Shown one piece after another: positions 1 through 9,850 of a stretch of 64,000 bases of DNA; the stretch's first letter is position 1, and the number at the start of each line of letters is the position of its first letter. Origin of the DNA: an uncultured Alphaproteobacteria bacterium (GTDB lineage Bacteria > Pseudomonadota > Alphaproteobacteria > Rs-D84); the NCBI GenBank assembly GCA_944392815.1, contig CALXXY010000002.1:128001-192000 (forward strand). Reading direction: 5' to 3'. Below the pieces are notes generated by a model, which was given only the letters and a program-made list of their open reading frames with translations, did not search any database and was not told the origin of the DNA. A program made the position numbers and the translations under genes.

Positions 1-958
1 TGGCACCCTGCAACGTGAACCCACCAGAAATCTGACCACGGCCACCCGGAATTGGTTCACGAATCGTTGGGGCGGACAAAACCTCGCCGTCCAGGACGAT
101 TGCGAAACGTTCATTTACATGTTCGGTCGTCAGTTTTGCAAATCTGCGTGCGCCCGCCGCATCGAACACAGTCGTCACGACCGGCAAATTATTTTGGTCA
201 AAATCCGCCTGGGAATCTTTTAACGATTCGCCCGATACCTCTACATGCGAATACACAGGAATCAATTGCCCGGGCGCATCAATATACGGTAAAAATTCTG
301 TTCCCTTTGGCGGACGTCCAGACGCTAACTGTTCAGCGGTCACATTTTCATTCACCAAATGGAAAGTCATCTTTGCCGTCTGACCAATTAATTCTTTGAT
401 ACGTTCTGGATTATCCACACCAGGCAATTGTATCAAAATATATTTTCCGCCCTGGCTTTGAATAGATGGTTCTTTGGTCCCCAGCGCATCAACACGACGA
501 CGCACAATTTCAATACTGCGCGACAAAGCGTCCTGGACCATTTCTTCGCGTGCACGCGCCGAATAAGTCAACGAAACATTGCGCCCATCAACGGTAATGT
601 CCACAGTGTCACCAAATTCACTGCGCAAACGTCCGCGCGCCTTGGACACATCGTCGGCATTACGCACAACGAACGACACAACACCATCATGATTGCGCAG
701 ATTTGAAAAACGAATAACACCTTTGTCCCTGTCTATCAAGGCACTGCGTGCCTCTTCGTACAATTGCGTGGTTTTATCCTGCATCATGGTTGTGGTGTCA
801 ACCTCTAATAATAACTGGGCACCACCCTTTAAATCCAACCCCAACTGAATTGGTTGAATCCACGACGGGAAATAAGGCGCCAAACTGGGCGCCATTGTTG
901 GCACAGCCAATAATACACCAAACACTGCGACAAAAATTATTGCCAGTTTTTTTAACAT
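1..958 (-). CDS. secD: Protein translocase subunit SecD (runs off window start)
   Basis: Hand translation from ATG 958: MLKKLAIIFVAVFGVLLAVP...QLGLDLKGGAQLLLEVD (SecD motif), ending at window edge GGRGQISGGFT; follows yajC. Confidence 0.93.
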   Translation of the reverse strand, partial: MLKKLAIIFVAVFGVLLAVPTMAPSLAPYFPSWIQPIQLGLDLKGGAQLLLEVDTTTMMQDKTTQLYEEARSALIDRDKGVIRFSNLRNHDGVVSFVVRNADDVSKARGRLRSEFGDTVDITVDGRNVSLTYSARAREEMVQDALSRSIEIVRRRVDALGTKEPSIQSQGGKYILIQLPGVDNPERIKELIGQTAKMTFHLVNENVTAEQLASGRPPKGTEFLPYIDAPGQLIPVYSHVEVSGESLKDSQADFDQNNLPVVTTVFDAAGARRFAKLTTEHVNERFAIVLDGEVLSAPTIREPIPGGRGQISGGFTLQGA

Positions 959-971
959 ACCACTACCCTTT

Positions 972-1310
972 TTACTCTACACTTGCGATTGCGCCCTTGG
1001 CCACTTCGATAACGACGCCCTTGGCAATTTCCATTTCCACTGTTTTTTCGTTTACTTTTTTAACAGTACCATAAATACCGGCCGCCACAATACGATTGCC
1101 AACCTGAATGGAATCAACCATTTTTTGATATTCAGCCATACGCTTTTTATTTGGGCGCACCATAAACAGATAAATAATTGCAAATATAATCAGACAGTAC
1201 AGCAATAATCCCCACCAATCAGTTGCCTGGGGCGCCACCGTTGTTGCGGCCTGGGTTGCTGCGTCTGCGACTGCTGCTGTTTGTTCCATAATTTTCTCCT
1301 TAACTGCCAA
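972..1310 (-). CDS. yajC: Preprotein translocase subunit YajC
   Basis: TM helix then YLFMVRPNKKR, IQVGNRIVAAGIYGTV; directly upstream of secD. Confidence 0.93.
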   Translation of the reverse strand: MAVKEKIMEQTAAVADAATQAATTVAPQATDWWGLLLYCLIIFAIIYLFMVRPNKKRMAEYQKMVDSIQVGNRIVAAGIYGTVKKVNEKTVEMEIAKGVVIEVAKGAIASVE

Positions 1311-1367
1311 TTATCATGGGTTCAGAATAGTAAAAAAAGCCCGTTATGTAAAGGAAAATAGTTATAT

Positions 1368-3116
1368 TCATACACGTTCAAACCAACCATCAATTTGTGA
1401 CAACGGAATAATTTTGTACACAGGACGTCCATGATTGCATTCCCCACCCCGTGTGGTGTTTTCAATATCACGCAACAAAGCGTCCATTTGCGCCATATCC
1501 AATTTTTGCCCCGCCCGCACACTGTGATGACATGCATAATTTGCCAATTTTAAATGCAACCGTTCCGCCAGTTGTGATGAATGCCCATAATCGCGAACCT
1601 CGGCTGCGATGGCACGAAACAAATCTGTCCAATCCAAATCCCAATCAGCCGGCCGTTCAAATACAGCAATCGCATCATCACCAAACGCATCAACACGCAC
1701 ACCCGCCGCCGCCAATTGTTCAGAAATTGATAACACCGCCGCAACATCTTCGTCACGCAAATGTATAACAATTGGCGTTAATAATGGTTGAACATGAATG
1801 TCATGCCGACGCAAACGTTCATACGTTATGCGTTCATGCGCAGCATGTTGATCAATAATAACCAGGTTATCAGCACTTTGCGCCAAAATATATTTGTTGC
1901 CAATTTGACCAATGACACGCCCCAGCGGCCTGGATTCATCTGGATTTTCATCTGACGCGTTTTGTACATTTAACGAATGTGGCGCCGTCGCGGTCGTGCC
2001 AGCAAACACAGATTTCAATTCCACCCCCCGCTTGGGCGACGAAACATGAAACGCGCCCGGCGCAAAATGTAAATCCTGGGCAACAGGCCTGGGCGCAAAA
2101 ATTTGCGCGGGCTGCACCCCGGTCGCCACACGTGGCGCCGCATTCAATGTTTGTGACAACACGTCGCGCAATGATTTAATAATAAACGCGCGCACATGCG
2201 ACGGTTCCAAAAAATGCACATCTGTTTTGGCGGGCGACACATTCACATCAACATTGCGCGGATTCATTTCCAAATACAACGCGCACAACGGAAATTCACG
2301 CGCATGCATAACGTCCATATACGCCGCACGCAACGCCCCCACCAACACTTTGTCCCGCACAGGCCGCCCATTCACAAATAAAAATTGATCCACAGATGTT
2401 GCCCGTCGCAACGTTGGTTCCGAAATCAATCCATGCAATCGCAAACTGGAATCAGACGTCGACACCGCGTCCACATTCAACATACGCCCCCGCACATCAT
2501 CGCCCATAACCGCCGCCACACGTTCGGCCATATCCTGATTTTTTGGGAATCGCCATTTATTATTTAATGTAAAACCAACGTCCGCGCGCGCCATGGCCAA
2601 ACGTTTCACCACGTCCAACACAGACATCATTTCAGCCCTGTCGCCACGCAAAAATTTTAACCGCGCAGGCGTTTTCGCAAACAAATTTTGAACACGGATT
2701 CGCGTTCCCCCGTCCCATGCAGACGGCCGTATTTCACCAGACGCACAATCCAGCACCCAACCATTGTCATCAATTCCGTTAAATGTATCAATGGTCATAT
2801 CTGATACAGACGCAATTGACGGCAACGCTTCGCCACGAAATCCCATAAAATTAATATTTAATAAATCATCAGACGGTAATTTAGACGTTGCATGCCGCAT
2901 AATACTGTGCGCCAAATCGTCGCGCGACATACCGCCCCCATTATCAATCACAGAAATCATGGTGCGTCCACCATCAACCACATCAATAACAATCTGGTCA
3001 GCACCGGCGTCCAGCGCATTTTCCACCAATTCTTTGACAACGCTGGCGGGCCGTTCCACAACTTCGCCGGCGGCAATTTGATTTATCAAAAAATCCGGCA
3101 AAACGCGAATCGGCAT
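1368..3116 (-). CDS. mutL: DNA mismatch repair endonuclease MutL
   Basis: NQIAAGEVVERPASVVKELVENALDAG, GFRGEAL, C-terminal DQHAAHER and CNHGRP endonuclease motifs. Confidence 0.98.
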   Translation of the reverse strand: MPIRVLPDFLINQIAAGEVVERPASVVKELVENALDAGADQIVIDVVDGGRTMISVIDNGGGMSRDDLAHSIMRHATSKLPSDDLLNINFMGFRGEALPSIASVSDMTIDTFNGIDDNGWVLDCASGEIRPSAWDGGTRIRVQNLFAKTPARLKFLRGDRAEMMSVLDVVKRLAMARADVGFTLNNKWRFPKNQDMAERVAAVMGDDVRGRMLNVDAVSTSDSSLRLHGLISEPTLRRATSVDQFLFVNGRPVRDKVLVGALRAAYMDVMHAREFPLCALYLEMNPRNVDVNVSPAKTDVHFLEPSHVRAFIIKSLRDVLSQTLNAAPRVATGVQPAQIFAPRPVAQDLHFAPGAFHVSSPKRGVELKSVFAGTTATAPHSLNVQNASDENPDESRPLGRVIGQIGNKYILAQSADNLVIIDQHAAHERITYERLRRHDIHVQPLLTPIVIHLRDEDVAAVLSISEQLAAAGVRVDAFGDDAIAVFERPADWDLDWTDLFRAIAAEVRDYGHSSQLAERLHLKLANYACHHSVRAGQKLDMAQMDALLRDIENTTRGGECNHGRPVYKIIPLSQIDGWFERV

Positions 3117-3123
3117 ATCTGGG

Positions 3124-3594
3124 CTATTCCTTGAATTTTACTTCTAAAATTTCATATTCTTTTTCACCACTGGGCAATTTAACAATGCACGTATCACCCA
3201 CGCATCTGCCAATCATGGCCCGCCCCACTGGCGAAGTACATGAAATAACATGTTTGCCGTCGGCCTCGACATCAGACAAAATCCGGCACTGCATACGATT
3301 GCCATCTTCGTCCTCGGCCATGACACGCGCACCGAACACCACCCTGTCGCCGGTCAAACTGTCCACATCAATAACATTGGCATTATTGATAAAATCTTCG
3401 ATAAATTGAATACGTTTGTCTATTTGCCGTTGCTTTTCCTTGGCCGCGCTGTAATCAGCGTTTTCAGACAAATCACCCAAAGAACGCGCCCATTGAACAG
3501 TTTTCAAAATTTCTGGACGTTGAACTTCCTTTAAATCTTTTAATTCTTTAATCAGGCCATCAAACCCAGCCCGCGAAATCGGCTTTTTTTCCAT
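3124..3594 (-). CDS. greA: Transcription elongation factor GreA
   Basis: GDLSENADY motif, SPVGRAMIG; start taken at MEKKPIS (ATG 3594). Confidence 0.95.
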   Translation of the reverse strand: MEKKPISRAGFDGLIKELKDLKEVQRPEILKTVQWARSLGDLSENADYSAAKEKQRQIDKRIQFIEDFINNANVIDVDSLTGDRVVFGARVMAEDEDGNRMQCRILSDVEADGKHVISCTSPVGRAMIGRCVGDTCIVKLPSGEKEYEILEVKFKE

Positions 3595-3699
3595 TTTTCT
3601 TTTATCCCCATATATATTTTCGTTGAAATTATAAGCATTCATTTTAATTTTGCAATTGTCAAATGAACAGGGTATACTTTTTTAATTAACTGATAACAT

Positions 3700-4761
3700 A
3701 TGATATTCAGACCAAAAATTTTGAACAGATTCCTGCTGCGCAGATTTTTTTCCGGCGTGGGGTTGGTAATGTTGGTTGTATGCGGGATTATTATGGCGGT
3801 GACGTTTGTGGAACGTTTGCCATCAAATCCAACTGCCCTTGCCGCCATGGCCGACGCATGGCGCAGGTTATTGGAATACGTCCCGCTGTTTTTGCCGCTG
3901 GCTGTATTTATGGGAACATTGCTGGCGTCATATAATTTGACCAAATCCAGCGAAAGCATTATTGTGGCCAGTGCGGGTCTGTCGCCGTATCAAATGGCGC
4001 GCCCATTTTTAATTGGTGCCGCACTGATTGGCGTTGTCGCAACCACAGTATTAAATCCATATTCAGTAAAATTAAATTCGGCCGATATAACGGCGGATCA
4101 CCTGGTATTAATTGATGACGAAATCTGGTTGCGCGAATCATCGGACAACGGATATATCACCATGAACGCCAAAAACATGCACAAATCTGGAAATATATTG
4201 TTATTTGATAACGCCACAATATATGTACAAAGCACCGATTTCAAATTATCCCAACGAATCCAGGCGTCCACCGTCACATTATCGGACAGCGGCCTGGGGG
4301 CAACAAATGCCACCACATGGGACGCCCGCGGAATTCCCACCACCACAGATTGGCACATGCAAACGCTGCTGACGCCACAAACCGTATTGGACAGATATCT
4401 GCAGCCCGATCAAATTTCATTTTGGCAATTGCCACAATTTATTAAAAAAATGCAGCAAATTGGCGTCCCGGTACGTGCACACTTGGTTCAATTTTGGACA
4501 TTGCTGTTTTTGCCATTGACCATGGTCGCCATGGCAACATTGGGTGTTGCATTTTCCCAAACGCGCCAGCGCAGAAATTACAGTTTTGGTGTAAAATTCG
4601 GCATGGGCATCTTAACATGCTTTGCGGTGTATTTTCTGGTCAATATGTTTGGTGCATTGGGATCGACCGGTGTTGTACCACCACTGTTGGCGATAATTGC
4701 GCCGCCATTGATAATAATTGCGGGCGCAGGTGTTTTCATTACCAGTTTTGATACTATATAA
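3700..4761 (+). CDS. LptF/LptG family LPS export permease
   Basis: 3 TM + periplasmic beta domain + 3 TM; SESIIVASAGLSPYQMARP motif. Confidence 0.88.
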   Translation: MIFRPKILNRFLLRRFFSGVGLVMLVVCGIIMAVTFVERLPSNPTALAAMADAWRRLLEYVPLFLPLAVFMGTLLASYNLTKSSESIIVASAGLSPYQMARPFLIGAALIGVVATTVLNPYSVKLNSADITADHLVLIDDEIWLRESSDNGYITMNAKNMHKSGNILLFDNATIYVQSTDFKLSQRIQASTVTLSDSGLGATNATTWDARGIPTTTDWHMQTLLTPQTVLDRYLQPDQISFWQLPQFIKKMQQIGVPVRAHLVQFWTLLFLPLTMVAMATLGVAFSQTRQRRNYSFGVKFGMGILTCFAVYFLVNMFGALGSTGVVPPLLAIIAPPLIIIAGAGVFITSFDTI

Positions 4762-4788
4762 ATATATATAAATGAATGGGGGAACAAA

Positions 4789-4920
4789 ATGCCATTGCGT
4801 AAAAAAAACACAAAACGAAATCAAATTATTATATGGACCATTATCGCAGTTATTGTGATATTAATGATTGTATCGTTCCCGGCCACCCAATCCGTGACCG
4901 AAGTTGTCCTGCACCCATAA
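4789..4920 (+). CDS. Small single-pass membrane protein (43 aa)
   Basis: GGGGGA RBS; MPLRKKNTKRNQIIIWTIIAVIVILMIVSFPATQSVTEVVLHP fills the gap between lptG-like gene and xerD; below ORF-track cutoff. Confidence 0.65.
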   Translation: MPLRKKNTKRNQIIIWTIIAVIVILMIVSFPATQSVTEVVLHP

Positions 4921-4927
4921 CCCAATT

Positions 4928-5794
4928 ATGAACTATATTGATATATTTTTAGAATCACTGTCTGCAGAACGTGGCCGCAGTCAAAAAACATTGGACAGTT
5001 ATGCGTCCGACCTGCGCCATGCAGACGAAAATCTACCCGGGGGACTGTTGGGTGCAACGGGCACGGATATTCAAAATTATTTATCAAATCTGAATGAACG
5101 CCCAACATCAATTGCCCGCCATGCCAGCGCCCTGCGCGGATTTTACAAATTTTTAATGCTGGAAAAAATCATTTCACAAAATCCTGCCGCCAACCTGGAA
5201 TTACCCAAACGTACCCAGTCATTACCAAAATGTTTATCATTACAGGAAATTGAATTGCTAATTTCGTCCGCGGGTGACGTTCATAATGCCACACGTCTGC
5301 GCGCCATGATGGAATTGGTATACGCATCAGGCCTGCGCGTGTCGGAATTATGCGAATTACCAATGACCGCAAACCTGGGGGATAAATTATTAATTCATGG
5401 CAAAGGTGCCAAGGAACGCATTGTTCCCATGCACGAACGCGCCCAATACGCCCTGCGGAAATGGTTGGAAATTCGTGGCGATGATAAATCAAAATATATA
5501 TTTCCAGGCCCCGGCAAAACGGGCCACATAACCCGCGATGGATTTTTCAAAATTCTGAAAAAATGCGCGGTATTGGCCGGCATCAACCCCGCCAGGGTCA
5601 GCCCCCACGTACTGCGCCATTCATTTGCGTCGCACCTGTTGGCGGGTGGTGCAAACCTGCGTGCAATACAAACCATGCTCGGGCACGAGGATATTTCCAC
5701 AACACAAATATACACCCACGTTTTACCGGATAAATTGCGTGAAACAGTTGTACAACATCACCCACTGGCACATATGGGGGACAATAATAAATGA
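4928..5794 (+). CDS. xerD: Tyrosine recombinase XerD
   Basis: YASGLRVSEL, HGKGAKER, SPHVLRHSFASHLL, LGHEDISTTQIYTHV. Confidence 0.9.
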   Translation: MNYIDIFLESLSAERGRSQKTLDSYASDLRHADENLPGGLLGATGTDIQNYLSNLNERPTSIARHASALRGFYKFLMLEKIISQNPAANLELPKRTQSLPKCLSLQEIELLISSAGDVHNATRLRAMMELVYASGLRVSELCELPMTANLGDKLLIHGKGAKERIVPMHERAQYALRKWLEIRGDDKSKYIFPGPGKTGHITRDGFFKILKKCAVLAGINPARVSPHVLRHSFASHLLAGGANLRAIQTMLGHEDISTTQIYTHVLPDKLRETVVQHHPLAHMGDNNK

Positions 5795-6300
5795 TAAAAA
5801 AATGTGATCACCCTGGCTGCAACAAAGCCGGCACCTGTCGTGCACCCAAAACGCGCGATTTGCGTGAATATTGGTGGTTTTGTCGTGAACATGCCGCCGA
5901 ATATAACAAGAATTGGAATTATTACGCCGGCATGACCCCAGACGAAATAGAAGAAGATTGGGAACGCCAAACGTTTGGCGCGCCCCTGCGCGATAAAAAT
6001 CAGGTCGAATCCGATCAACGCGATTATATAAAATTTTTGAACGATTTTATCACAGGCCGCGATACATTTGACCGCGCACCCGCACGACGCAATACCCTGC
6101 CCGGTCGCGTGACAGCGGCATTGAATGCGTTGGAATTACCGATAACCGCATCATGGCGTGAAATTTCGGCACGATATCGCGCATTGGCCAAACGCCACCA
6201 CCCAGATACCACAACCGGTGACAAAACCGCAGCCGCGAAACAATTTACAAAAATCACCGACGCATATAACGTGTTAAAAAAACATTTCGGCAAAAAATAA
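5791..6300 (+). CDS. J-domain protein with N-terminal Cys/His motif
   Basis: C-terminal HPD motif; N-terminal CDHPGC...RAPK...FCREHAAEYN typical of alphaproteobacterial DnaJ-like proteins; ATGA overlap with xerD. Confidence 0.85.
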   Translation: MIKKCDHPGCNKAGTCRAPKTRDLREYWWFCREHAAEYNKNWNYYAGMTPDEIEEDWERQTFGAPLRDKNQVESDQRDYIKFLNDFITGRDTFDRAPARRNTLPGRVTAALNALELPITASWREISARYRALAKRHHPDTTTGDKTAAAKQFTKITDAYNVLKKHFGKK

Positions 6301-6332
6301 TCAAGAAATACTGAAGTCGGATTTATAAATTA

Positions 6333-6509
6333 ATTTGATGCAGAGAGTATTATAAATCAATTAGAATTGTGCAGATACGCGTGATTTGACGCAGGGAGTG
6401 TTATAAATCAATTAGAACCGCGCAGATGCGCCGCGGTTGGCGTCGGGAACGTACAGAAGCTACGTGACCAAAGCCAACCGCAAGCAGATGCGTGGTTATA
6501 ATTGATTTA
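6333..6509. repeat. Palindromic MITE/RPE-like element (6404-6509) preceded by a degenerate 51-bp tandem duplication
   Basis: Terminal IR taaatcaattagaaccgcgc / gcgtggttataattgattta (18/20), inner IR gcggttggc / gccaaccgc; 6333-6383 resembles 6384-6434. Confidence 0.7.
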
Positions 6510-7401
6510 GGTAGGCGATGGCGTCCATGGCCGCACTACACCCTGTCCCGACAGCCGTCGCGATTTGCATTTTTATATCCGATTCGACGTCACCGGCAAC
6601 AAACATGCCACGGGGCAAAGATGATGGGGATAAACGTCCCATGTTATCACGGGGAACATCTTCGGACAGGTAATCGGTGTTGGCCTCGTGCCCGATGGCA
6701 ACGAATAAACCGTCGCAGATGATTTCATCGTCGTCAGTGGTGGTGATAACCAAACGTTCATCATCACGTTTGACAATTTTTTTCAAATCTGTGTTGAACA
6801 GACATTCGATGTTTTCACGTTCGGCCACACGATTGCGCAGGACGGCCTCGGCCCGGGTGAATGCACCTTTGCGATAAACAATTTTCACACTGCGGGCGAT
6901 ATCAGCCAGATACAAAGCGTCGTTTAATGCGGAATTCCCGCCCCCCATAACAACGACATCTTTTTCAGAAAAGAAAAATCCATCACAGGTTGCGCAATAC
7001 GACACACCTTTGCCGAATAATTCACGCGCGCCTTCTATTTGTAATTTACGCGGGGACGCCCCAGTTGCGATAATAACAGTTTTGCCAACATAGCGGTTAT
7101 CATCGTCGCACAGGATATTAAATCCCGTTTCTGCATCACCAGCAATACTTTTGGCGGACACAAATTTAATTTCTGCGCCAAACGATTCGGCCTGTTTTTT
7201 CATAAATTCGGACAATTCCAAACCACTGCCGGCCCACCCCGGATAGTTTTCCAGCACGGCGATTCCGGCCGTCTGTCCCCCCAGGGTATCGCCCCCCAGA
7301 ACCAAAGTTTTTTTCCCGCCACGTGCACAATACAGCGCGGCCGTCAGCCCAGCCGGTCCAGACCCCAAAATTAAAACGTCATACATAACTATATCGGTCA
7401 T
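6496..7401 (-). CDS. trxB: Thioredoxin-disulfide reductase
   Basis: GSGPAGLTAA, GVSYCATCDG, GGGNSA, FVAGD motifs. Confidence 0.93.
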   Translation of the reverse strand: MTDIVMYDVLILGSGPAGLTAALYCARGGKKTLVLGGDTLGGQTAGIAVLENYPGWAGSGLELSEFMKKQAESFGAEIKFVSAKSIAGDAETGFNILCDDDNRYVGKTVIIATGASPRKLQIEGARELFGKGVSYCATCDGFFFSEKDVVVMGGGNSALNDALYLADIARSVKIVYRKGAFTRAEAVLRNRVAERENIECLFNTDLKKIVKRDDERLVITTTDDDEIICDGLFVAIGHEANTDYLSEDVPRDNMGRLSPSSLPRGMFVAGDVESDIKMQIATAVGTGCSAAMDAIAYLNQL

Positions 7402-7653
7402 ATTTAATTCTCCTGAATAAAGTATGAATTATTTCTGGCACAGAATAACATAATTGGGCACCGCGCGCAAATAATTTCGCGCTGGCATAAAAATGTTGAT
7501 TTTTTTGCGCATTCGCAATAAAATTTCAACGTTATGATGATTAAATTTATATCTTTGTACGTGTCACAGTCCCCTTTTGGGGTGCGGTTTTAATTTATTT
7601 TTCATTTAATACACATATAATATATACAAACATATAAAATACAGGACAAAGTT

Positions 7654-8934
7654 ATGCTAGACATCAGATTTATTCGTGAAAACCCAGACGCAGTAAAAAA
7701 CGCCTGTCGGGTCAAGGGATTCGATGACAACGTTGATAAAATTTTGGAATTGGACGCGCGCGTGCGCGAATTAAAAACAGTCACCCAAAATATGACGGCT
7801 GAAAAAAACAAAATCACACGTGAAATTCCAACCGCCGTGGACAAAGCGCCATTAATTGCAAAATCCAAACAAATTGGCGACGAAATCGCGGCTGATTTGG
7901 CTGAATTGGCCGAAAAAGAGGCATTATTAACAGATTTACTGCACCGCGTTCCACAAATCCCAGACGCATCGGCCCCGATTGGCCCAGACGATTCGTACAA
8001 TGTCGAAATTCGCCGTGTTGGCACGCCACCGAAATTTGATTTCACCCCACGTGCCCAGTGGGATTTGTTGGATATGAACGGTTGGTGGGCACCAGAAAAA
8101 ATTGCCAAAATTTGTGGCACACGCACATATTGCCTGATTGGTGAAGCAGCCGAATTACAATTGGCAATTGAAACATATGTTATCCAAAAATTAATTTCGC
8201 GCGGATTTACATTTATCGAATGCCCATCTATTACAAAACCGCAAACGATTTTTGACGCAGGCCATTTCATGGGCGCGGATTTATCCGTCATGAATAACGA
8301 CGTATTCATGTTAACCGGCACAGACAGATGTTTGGCCGGGACTGCAGAAATCATTTTGAATTCGCTGCACAGCGGTGAAATTTTATCCGAAAACGATTTG
8401 CCAATAAAATACGCTGGATTTTCGCCCTGCTTCCGCAAAGAGGCCGGCGCCGCAGGCCGCGACACACGCGGACTGGCCCGATTCCATCAGTTTAACAAGG
8501 TTGAACAATACGTATTTTGCACACCTGAACAAAGCGACGAAATGCATGAATTGTTATTGAATAACCTGTGCGACGTTATGGCAGATTTGGAATTACCATA
8601 CCGCGTAATTGCAAATTCTACGGGCGACATGGGATTCAACAAAGTAAAAATGAACGATGTCGAGGCCTGGGTTCCATCTGAAAATTCGTACAAAGAAGTT
8701 GGCAGTTGTTCGTCCATCGGCACATTCCAGGCGCGTCGCACAAACACCCGCTATCGTGAAAACAAAACGAACGAGGTTAAATTCTGCGCCACATTAAACA
8801 ACACCGGTATCGCCGTGCCGCGTGCATTGGTACCATTTTTGGAAAATCATCAAAACGCAGACGGCAGTGTAAATATCCCAGAAAAACTGCAGCCGTTAAT
8901 GGGTGGCCGCAAAAAAATCGGTGGAAAACACTAA
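7654..8934 (+). CDS. serS: Serine--tRNA ligase
   Basis: MLDIRFIRENP, CFRKEAGAAGRDTRGL, HQFNKVEQ, EVGSCS. Confidence 0.97.
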   Translation: MLDIRFIRENPDAVKNACRVKGFDDNVDKILELDARVRELKTVTQNMTAEKNKITREIPTAVDKAPLIAKSKQIGDEIAADLAELAEKEALLTDLLHRVPQIPDASAPIGPDDSYNVEIRRVGTPPKFDFTPRAQWDLLDMNGWWAPEKIAKICGTRTYCLIGEAAELQLAIETYVIQKLISRGFTFIECPSITKPQTIFDAGHFMGADLSVMNNDVFMLTGTDRCLAGTAEIILNSLHSGEILSENDLPIKYAGFSPCFRKEAGAAGRDTRGLARFHQFNKVEQYVFCTPEQSDEMHELLLNNLCDVMADLELPYRVIANSTGDMGFNKVKMNDVEAWVPSENSYKEVGSCSSIGTFQARRTNTRYRENKTNEVKFCATLNNTGIAVPRALVPFLENHQNADGSVNIPEKLQPLMGGRKKIGGKH

Positions 8935-8959
8935 AAAACCGGCAAATGCCGGTTTTTTA
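8933..8959. terminator. Bidirectional intrinsic terminator
   Basis: aaaaaaccggc-aaat-gccggtttttt between convergent genes. Confidence 0.85.
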
Positions 8960-9406
8960 TCATCTTTGTTTTTCTGATTTTATCGCGAATTTTTTTGCAG
9001 ACAGCAACGGGAAATAAAAATCCTTTAAAATATTTGTTGTGTTTCTGTATTTAATCGCCTTTAAGGAATTTAACAACGTCTGTTGTGCTTCTGCACGATA
9101 CCAATCATATTCGTTATACAGGTTTTCCATTGAATTGACAACCGCACTGTACATCAGATATACACGATTGTCGTCCGTACCGGCCGGCATAAATGCATCA
9201 ACCAAATCCATCGGTTCCAAGCCCGCCTTTACACGCACATCATAATCCCCGAACATTTTCGGATTTGCGGCAACACGTGAAACCACGGAAATCGCGTCAT
9301 TTATTCTTTTCAGTGCAATCTGGTCATTGGCGCGTAAACGCTGTTTTTCCAAGAACTTTATGCACTCGGCAAAAAACTGTTGCAATGTCGCATCATAATC
9401 AATCAT
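8960..9406 (-). CDS. Hypothetical protein (orphan A)
   Basis: 148-aa ORF from MIDYD with AGGGAG RBS and own terminator; no family recognised. Confidence 0.75.
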   Translation of the reverse strand: MIDYDATLQQFFAECIKFLEKQRLRANDQIALKRINDAISVVSRVAANPKMFGDYDVRVKAGLEPMDLVDAFMPAGTDDNRVYLMYSAVVNSMENLYNEYDWYRAEAQQTLLNSLKAIKYRNTTNILKDFYFPLLSAKKFAIKSEKQR

Positions 9407-9547
9407 TTTATTACTCCCTGTAATTACACACAGTATTATAGACAAACATAAAAATATGTCAATATTTTATATATAATTTGTTGAAAATGCAAAATTATAG
9501 TACAATCTATTGTTTGCGAAAAAATTATTATACAGGGCATTAAAACT

Positions 9548-9723
9548 ATGGTTATAAAAATCAGAAACATTGCAATTATTGCGCACGTTGACCACGGAAA
9601 AACGACGCTGGTTGATAATATGTTGAAACAATCCGGCACATTCCGCGAAAATGAAAAGGTTGCCGACCGCGTCATGGACAGCGGCGATATAGAACGCGAA
9701 CGCGGCGTTACTATTTCAGCAAA
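9548..9723 (+). pseudogene. typA: Truncated 5' copy of typA (first ~58 codons)
   Basis: Near-identical to 10569-10744; fused out of frame to a copy of the serS 3' end. Confidence 0.92.
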
Positions 9724-9850
9724 TTTTGGAAAATCATCAAAACGCAGACGGCAGTGTAAATATCCCAGAAAAACTGCAGCCATTAATGGGTGGCCGCAAA
9801 AAAATCGGTGGAAAACATTAATAAAAAAACCGGCATTTGCCGGTTTTTTA
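9724..9850 (+). repeat. Duplicate of serS 3' end plus terminator
   Basis: Near-identical to 8837-8959 including the ccggc/gccgg hairpin. Confidence 0.92.

Noticed and set aside
4928-5794. Tyrosine recombinase as a prophage or island integrase
   Set aside because: Size, motifs and context match housekeeping XerD; no att sites or cargo
6321-6434. Repeats as a possible CRISPR array
   Set aside because: Only two degenerate copies without unique spacers; no cas genes in the window
7455-7483. tgggcaccgcg upstream of serS resembling a T-box bulge
   Set aside because: Heptamer is GGGCACC, no flanking helix or specifier stem; better explained as the spacer of a trxB promoter on the minus strand
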